Both the position numbers and the translations under genes were made by a program. Source: Acidobacteriota bacterium (GTDB lineage: Bacteria; Acidobacteriota; UBA6911; RPQK01; JADFOI01). From it: 64,000 nt of DNA. Within the stretch, counting starts at the first letter, position 1; each line of letters begins with the position of its first letter. The DNA lies in assembly GCA_963663035.1 (NCBI GenBank), contig OY760074.1, forward strand, positions 3,392,001 through 3,456,000, given 5' to 3'. The notes below the pieces were generated by a model that worked only from the letters and a program-made list of their open reading frames with translations, had not been told where the DNA came from and searched no databases. Below, piece by piece: positions 59,565 to 64,000 of the stretch.

Positions 59565-61037
59565 CTAGAGAATGGGAGCCATCAGCAGGTGGACCCCGAG
59601 AATGATCACAAGGATGAGTAGCGTGGCGACCGCTCCGACCTTCATCATTACCTTCAGGTCCAGATAGCCGGAAGCAAAGGCCGTACCTGCGGATGCCCCG
59701 GCCCAGGGAAACATTATTCCCACGGCACCGTTGGGAATGAGTATGGCTATGCTGGCGGGGTTGTAACCAAACTCCACGGCGGCGGGAATGAAGATACTGC
59801 AAAAGAGAGTCGTGGCAGCCGTACCCGAGAAGAGGTTGGTACCCACGATGATCGCTGGAGCGGCAATGAAGGGCAGCCCTGTCGCACTGATGCCTATACT
59901 CTGAATGATGCCCGAGGTGTAGTCCAGGAACCCGAACTGGGTGAGAGCATCGGTCATGCCCACCGCCCCCGTACACAGGAAGATGATGTTCCAGGGTGCG
60001 TGATGGGAAACGTCACGCCAGATCAAGGTGCCTTCGCCCTTCTTCACATCTACGGGCAGGAGGAAAAGCAGGATAAGGACTGCTGGAGGGACTACCCAGG
60101 TCGGTAGAGCATTGCGCAGGTACTCGGCCACAGGATGTCCTTCCCCCAGAATCAGAGACATGATGGAGGGACCCGTGAACATCAGCACCATGCAGACGAA
60201 GGTCACCAGCACATTGATCTCTCCGGTCGTCATCTTGCCCAGTTTCTGGAGTTCCTTCCCGATAAACTCCCGGCCCCCCGGGATACGAGAAACTTCGGGA
60301 GGAAAGAAAAATCGGAGTAAAAGATAAAAGCTGATGAGCAAGATAACAAAGAGCGGCATCCCCACTTTCATCCAGCGGAACCAGCTGATATAGGTTCCAG
60401 CCAGACTATCGGCCAGGGCCACTCCGATGGCGTTGTGGGGCAGACCCGCAATGGTCCCCACTCCCCCTGCCACCGCTCCGTAAAGTGTCCCCATGGCCAG
60501 AAAAGAAGCCAGTCGGCTGTTCTTGCCCTCCTCCCCACCGAGATCGGTGACACTGCTGATGTAGGCCACCAGAGACATCCCGATCGGCATCATCATGGCC
60601 ACCACCCCGGCATCGGTGACGAACATGGATATGATTGCGGCCACCAACATATACATGAAGATCAGGCGAGACGTGCTGTCGGCCACTCCTTTGATTTTCA
60701 GGAATCTCAGGGCAACCCGCTTGGCCAGTCCATGCTTCTCAATGGCATAGCCGAGCATGGTAATTCCCAGAAGCCAAAAGAAAATTCTTTGGCCATAAAG
60801 AGCAGTGGTGGCACGGATCGACATCACGCCCAGGACGGGAAACACCACAAGCGGCAGCATCGAAGACATGGCCCAGGGGATGGGCCGGGTCATCCACCAG
60901 ACAACAGCCCAAACAAGGGTGGCCAGGGCTACTCGACAGTTATAGGAAACCCCTTCCAGGGGTAAGAGATAGGTGATCAGGAAGGCTGCGGGCCCGGACG
61001 CCAGTTTTGCCAGCGCGTTTAAGCGAGTTGTCGGCAT
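59565..61037 (-). CDS. SLC13/DASS-family transporter
   Basis: Paralog of the other two; directly downstream of a type B amidohydrolase. Confidence 0.9.
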   Translation of the reverse strand: MPTTRLNALAKLASGPAAFLITYLLPLEGVSYNCRVALATLVWAVVWWMTRPIPWAMSSMLPLVVFPVLGVMSIRATTALYGQRIFFWLLGITMLGYAIEKHGLAKRVALRFLKIKGVADSTSRLIFMYMLVAAIISMFVTDAGVVAMMMPIGMSLVAYISSVTDLGGEEGKNSRLASFLAMGTLYGAVAGGVGTIAGLPHNAIGVALADSLAGTYISWFRWMKVGMPLFVILLISFYLLLRFFFPPEVSRIPGGREFIGKELQKLGKMTTGEINVLVTFVCMVLMFTGPSIMSLILGEGHPVAEYLRNALPTWVVPPAVLILLFLLPVDVKKGEGTLIWRDVSHHAPWNIIFLCTGAVGMTDALTQFGFLDYTSGIIQSIGISATGLPFIAAPAIIVGTNLFSGTAATTLFCSIFIPAAVEFGYNPASIAILIPNGAVGIMFPWAGASAGTAFASGYLDLKVMMKVGAVATLLILVIILGVHLLMAPIL

Positions 61038-61078
61038 TAGTTTGATTTATAACTTAAGCTGCCAGGTGGCAGAGAAAT

Positions 61079-63025
61079 TTAATTGCCGCTTTCTCCCAGG
61101 TATTGAGCTGCCACTTCCTCATCTGAAAAATCGTAGGCAGGTCCCACCGCTTCCATGCCAAACTCGTTTGCCAGGGATTCCTGCAGCTGGATAATCTTGC
61201 CGCCTACCATGGTCATGGGAGTGCGGACCTTCAAGATGTCATTCACGGGAACGGTAAAGTAGTCACGATCCAGGATGACCAGATCTGCGAACTTGCCCTC
61301 TTCCAGCGTGCCGAGCTCGTCTTCCTTCAGGACGTATTCAGCTGGCCAGGATGTCCACATTTTCATGGCATGCACCCGGTCAATACGTTCTTCGGGCTGC
61401 CAGACGACCCCATCATGTAGGCGAGTTACTGCCTGCCACAGTGTCCTCATGGGTGGTGTTCGCCCATAATGCTGGCCCACCAGCTTCACACCGGAGTCAA
61501 GCCAGGTCTTGAAGGGCAGGATAAAGGACTGGATTTGATCGCCGTAGTCGCGAACCCAGGCAGGTGATTCTGAGACGATGTCGGGTCCGCAGCTCAAGAT
61601 GATTCCATAATCCTTCAATCCCTGTATGATATCCGGGAGTTTTCCGATCAGACCGCAGTGCTCGCCTGTCAGCCTCATGTCACGCACCTGCTGCATCGTC
61701 CAGCCGTTGACTTCGCGGGCCTCATCGATCATCCGCATGAAGGCTCGCGCGCTTTCGCTGCCGCACATGTGCACTCCCGCCAGCCGCCAGCCGGCGGCGG
61801 CTGCGTTTTCAAGTGTGTCCCAAGGCAGTTCCCCGGGTACCGGGCAGACTTCTCGAGACTTGATATTGGCTGGAGCGATGGTATCCGGTCCGGTGCACGA
61901 TTCCGGGTAAAACGAGTCCCAACGCTCTGAGGCCACGCCGTCAATCCACAGGTAATCGTCTCCAATTCCCTGCAGCACACCGGTACGGCGATAGATCTGA
62001 CGGGTTTGCTGGGGATCGGTGGGCATACGGTGGATCTCGTAGTGGGCAGATAACCGAATGGGCATTTGACCCAGACCGGCCAGGGTGGCATACCCGCTCA
62101 TGATCTTGGGGAACTGAATACGGCTGGAAAAGGTGGTGATTCCCTTGGTGGCGGCATCTTCCGACACCAGTTTGATGGCCTGGGCCAGAGTGGGCAGAGG
62201 GACTTTTTCCAGAAAAAGCTGCCAGGTGATCACGGACATTTCCTGGCTTCCCACCCATCCGATTTCGGCAATGTCCTCACCGATGACGTCCCCGTGCATG
62301 GTTTCGTGGATGGAGGCGGAATATCCAGGGAAAAAGTCATCCAGGATCTCCAAGGCCTTGGAATTGACGTTGCCTCTCAACCCGGGCCTCATCAGGACCG
62401 GGTTGTCGGGGGCCCACTGATCGAGAGTTCTGCGGTTTGTCAGGCGTCGAGTCATGCTCCAGAGGGCGAGTTGGCGGGGATTTTCATCAGGATGACTCTG
62501 CATACTGAGGACTATCCAGTCACCCGGGTTGACCTCCTTGACCGCATCCTGGAGGGCATCGCGCAGAAGGCCCTGGGTTTGTTCCAGGTCGGTGGGGTGC
62601 GCCTGAGCTGACGTAAAGTAAACTCCCTCGGGCGGGTACTTGAAGCCCAATCGATCCAGATGCTGTACGGCACTGCCGTACATGTGGCTGTGGCTCTCAA
62701 TAATGCCGGGAATCAGGGTTTTTCCTCTCAAGTCGAAAATCACGGTGTCGGGACCTGCCACGGCCCTCACCTGAGCGGTGGTGCCCAGCTTCATGATCTT
62801 GTGGCCCTTGACCGCAATGGCCTGATAGATGGTCCCCACGCTGGTTGAGCGGGAGATATCGTCCATGCTCACCACCTTCCCGTTGACAAAGATGCTGTCA
62901 GCGTAACCCTGTTGGGCCACCTCGGGAGCCAGCTGAGCCAACGAGTTGGTAGCCTGGAAGAGAAAAAGTATGCTCAGGCTCAGGGAAAGAGCAAAGAACC
63001 TGAGAGCCCATTGATCGATTCTCAT
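61079..63025 (-). CDS. Exported YtcJ-like amidohydrolase, type B (Cys-rich)
   Basis: ESHSH, HMCG, EHC, GQHYG and GTLEEGKFADL motifs. Confidence 0.92.
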   Translation of the reverse strand: MRIDQWALRFFALSLSLSILFLFQATNSLAQLAPEVAQQGYADSIFVNGKVVSMDDISRSTSVGTIYQAIAVKGHKIMKLGTTAQVRAVAGPDTVIFDLRGKTLIPGIIESHSHMYGSAVQHLDRLGFKYPPEGVYFTSAQAHPTDLEQTQGLLRDALQDAVKEVNPGDWIVLSMQSHPDENPRQLALWSMTRRLTNRRTLDQWAPDNPVLMRPGLRGNVNSKALEILDDFFPGYSASIHETMHGDVIGEDIAEIGWVGSQEMSVITWQLFLEKVPLPTLAQAIKLVSEDAATKGITTFSSRIQFPKIMSGYATLAGLGQMPIRLSAHYEIHRMPTDPQQTRQIYRRTGVLQGIGDDYLWIDGVASERWDSFYPESCTGPDTIAPANIKSREVCPVPGELPWDTLENAAAAGWRLAGVHMCGSESARAFMRMIDEAREVNGWTMQQVRDMRLTGEHCGLIGKLPDIIQGLKDYGIILSCGPDIVSESPAWVRDYGDQIQSFILPFKTWLDSGVKLVGQHYGRTPPMRTLWQAVTRLHDGVVWQPEERIDRVHAMKMWTSWPAEYVLKEDELGTLEEGKFADLVILDRDYFTVPVNDILKVRTPMTMVGGKIIQLQESLANEFGMEAVGPAYDFSDEEVAAQYLGESGN

Positions 63026-63109
63026 AAAGACCTCCCTGTTACTTCAACGGTTGCTGAGAACGGTCACGAGAAAACCGGCAGATGTTACCTCCTTGTGCCG
63101 CAGTTCGGA

Positions 63110-63179
63110 ATTGTAAGATCCTTACCATCATGAAGTCAATTGAAAATTGCACCGAGTCAAGAAAGGCTTGACTCGGTGC
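63110..63179. promoter_or_regulatory. Divergent promoter region with a 13-bp inverted repeat
   Basis: Minus strand TTGACT-18-TACAAT (63139-63110); GCACCGAGTCAAG-N5-CTTGACTCGGTGC at 63149-63179. Confidence 0.55.
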
Positions 63180-63238
63180 CTCAGTTGCGATTGGATAGTG
63201 GCTGCAACATCTTTGCAACTAGGCAACAAGAGGAGGTG

Positions 63239-63682
63239 ATGGAAGAGATGATTACCGTAAAAAGGCTTTCCATAGATGATGCCAAGCTCCTGGTAGAGGG
63301 TGCTGAACAGAAATCCCGCGAGATCGGGGTGCCCATGTGTATTGCTGTAGCCGACGAATCAGGAAATCTACTTGCCTTTCTCCGTATGGAGGGAGCGAAA
63401 GTGTCAAGCATCGATATTGCAATCAACAAGGCATTTACTTGCGCTGCTGCCAGGAAGGGAACCCACGAGTACAACAAGCTTGCTGTGCCGGGCAAACCGA
63501 CTTTCGGAATCCACGCCACAAATCAAGGGCGCTTTTCGATAATCGGCGGAGGTCTTCCCTTGGTCATCGATGAGGACGTGGTAGGGGGTATCGGGATCAG
63601 TGCTGGTACCGCAGAGGAAGACCAAGTCGTGGCCCAGGGGGCCATAGATTACTCCCTGGACAAGATTACAGCTGGCAGCTAG
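63239..63682 (+). CDS. GlcG/HbpS-family heme-binding protein
   Basis: IAVADESG.L..F.RM.GA...SIDIAINKAFT and GGLP...VGGIGISAG motifs. Confidence 0.9.
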   Translation: MEEMITVKRLSIDDAKLLVEGAEQKSREIGVPMCIAVADESGNLLAFLRMEGAKVSSIDIAINKAFTCAAARKGTHEYNKLAVPGKPTFGIHATNQGRFSIIGGGLPLVIDEDVVGGIGISAGTAEEDQVVAQGAIDYSLDKITAGS

Positions 63683-63719
63683 TTGGCACCCAGGGTGAGA
63701 GTAATGAACGGGTGGAACA

Positions 63720-64000
63720 ATGTATCCTCAAGCTTTTGAGTATTTTTCTCCAGAAACCTTGGAGAGCGCCATTGAGCTCTTGTCCAAGTATGGCGAGGAT
63801 GCCAAGGTGTTGGCTGGTGGGCAGAGCCTCATTCCGCTCATGAAGTTGAGGTTGGCGAGTCCGAAATACCTGGTCAATCTGGACGGAATTGAGGGGATGT
63901 CCGGAATCGAAGAGCAGGAGGGGATCATCTCGTTTGGAGCCTTGACGCGTCACGCCGAGATCGAAGAATCGACGGTAGTCAAATCGAAGCTCCCCATGAT
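63720..64000 (+). CDS. CoxM/CutM-type FAD-binding subunit (xanthine dehydrogenase family), runs off the window
   Basis: MYPQAFEYFSP...KVLAGGQSLIPLMKLRLASP. Confidence 0.9.
   Translation, partial: MYPQAFEYFSPETLESAIELLSKYGEDAKVLAGGQSLIPLMKLRLASPKYLVNLDGIEGMSGIEEQEGIISFGALTRHAEIEESTVVKSKLPM

Noticed and set aside
63149-63179. GCACCGAGTC...GGTGC resembles the Cas9 tracrRNA 3' hairpin
   Set aside because: There is no anti-repeat, array or cas gene; an operator or divergent-promoter palindrome explains it better.

Overview
This 64-kb window is a mosaic accessory and catabolic region, most likely from an Acidobacteriota genome (inferred from the Oar-type TonB receptor, the Ser/Thr kinase-TolB remnants and the DUF5916 barrels). 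I see no rRNA, tRNA or CRISPR. The dominant signal is an expanded envelope module: 8 intact and 3 broken exported YtcJ-like (Amidohydrolase_3) metallo-barrel genes, 3 DUF5916-type outer-membrane barrel genes, 3 SLC13/DASS transporters with altered substrate motifs, one alpha/beta-hydrolase-like gene, and 3 small cohesin-like genes. One of the cohesin-like genes is an uncalled remnant, and all three end in the same C-terminal tail, AC(F/L)(F/S)YMH-stop. This cohesin-tail/amidohydrolase pairing is the best candidate for an undescribed system. The rest of the window holds redox and decarboxylase genes, several with Tat signals: an FMN hydroxy-acid oxidase, a SoxC-like Mo enzyme, an FAD dehydrogenase, and a ThDP enzyme next to a diheme cytochrome. 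It also holds a frameshifted UbiD, a lactate permease, an asparaginase and a creatininase. Mobile DNA and scars include an IS3 inserted in a long hairpin MITE, a frameshifted rve-type IS, a 104-bp inverted repeat pair bracketing 8 kb, REP-like elements and many gene stubs. All family calls come from motif recognition by eye; no database search was run.
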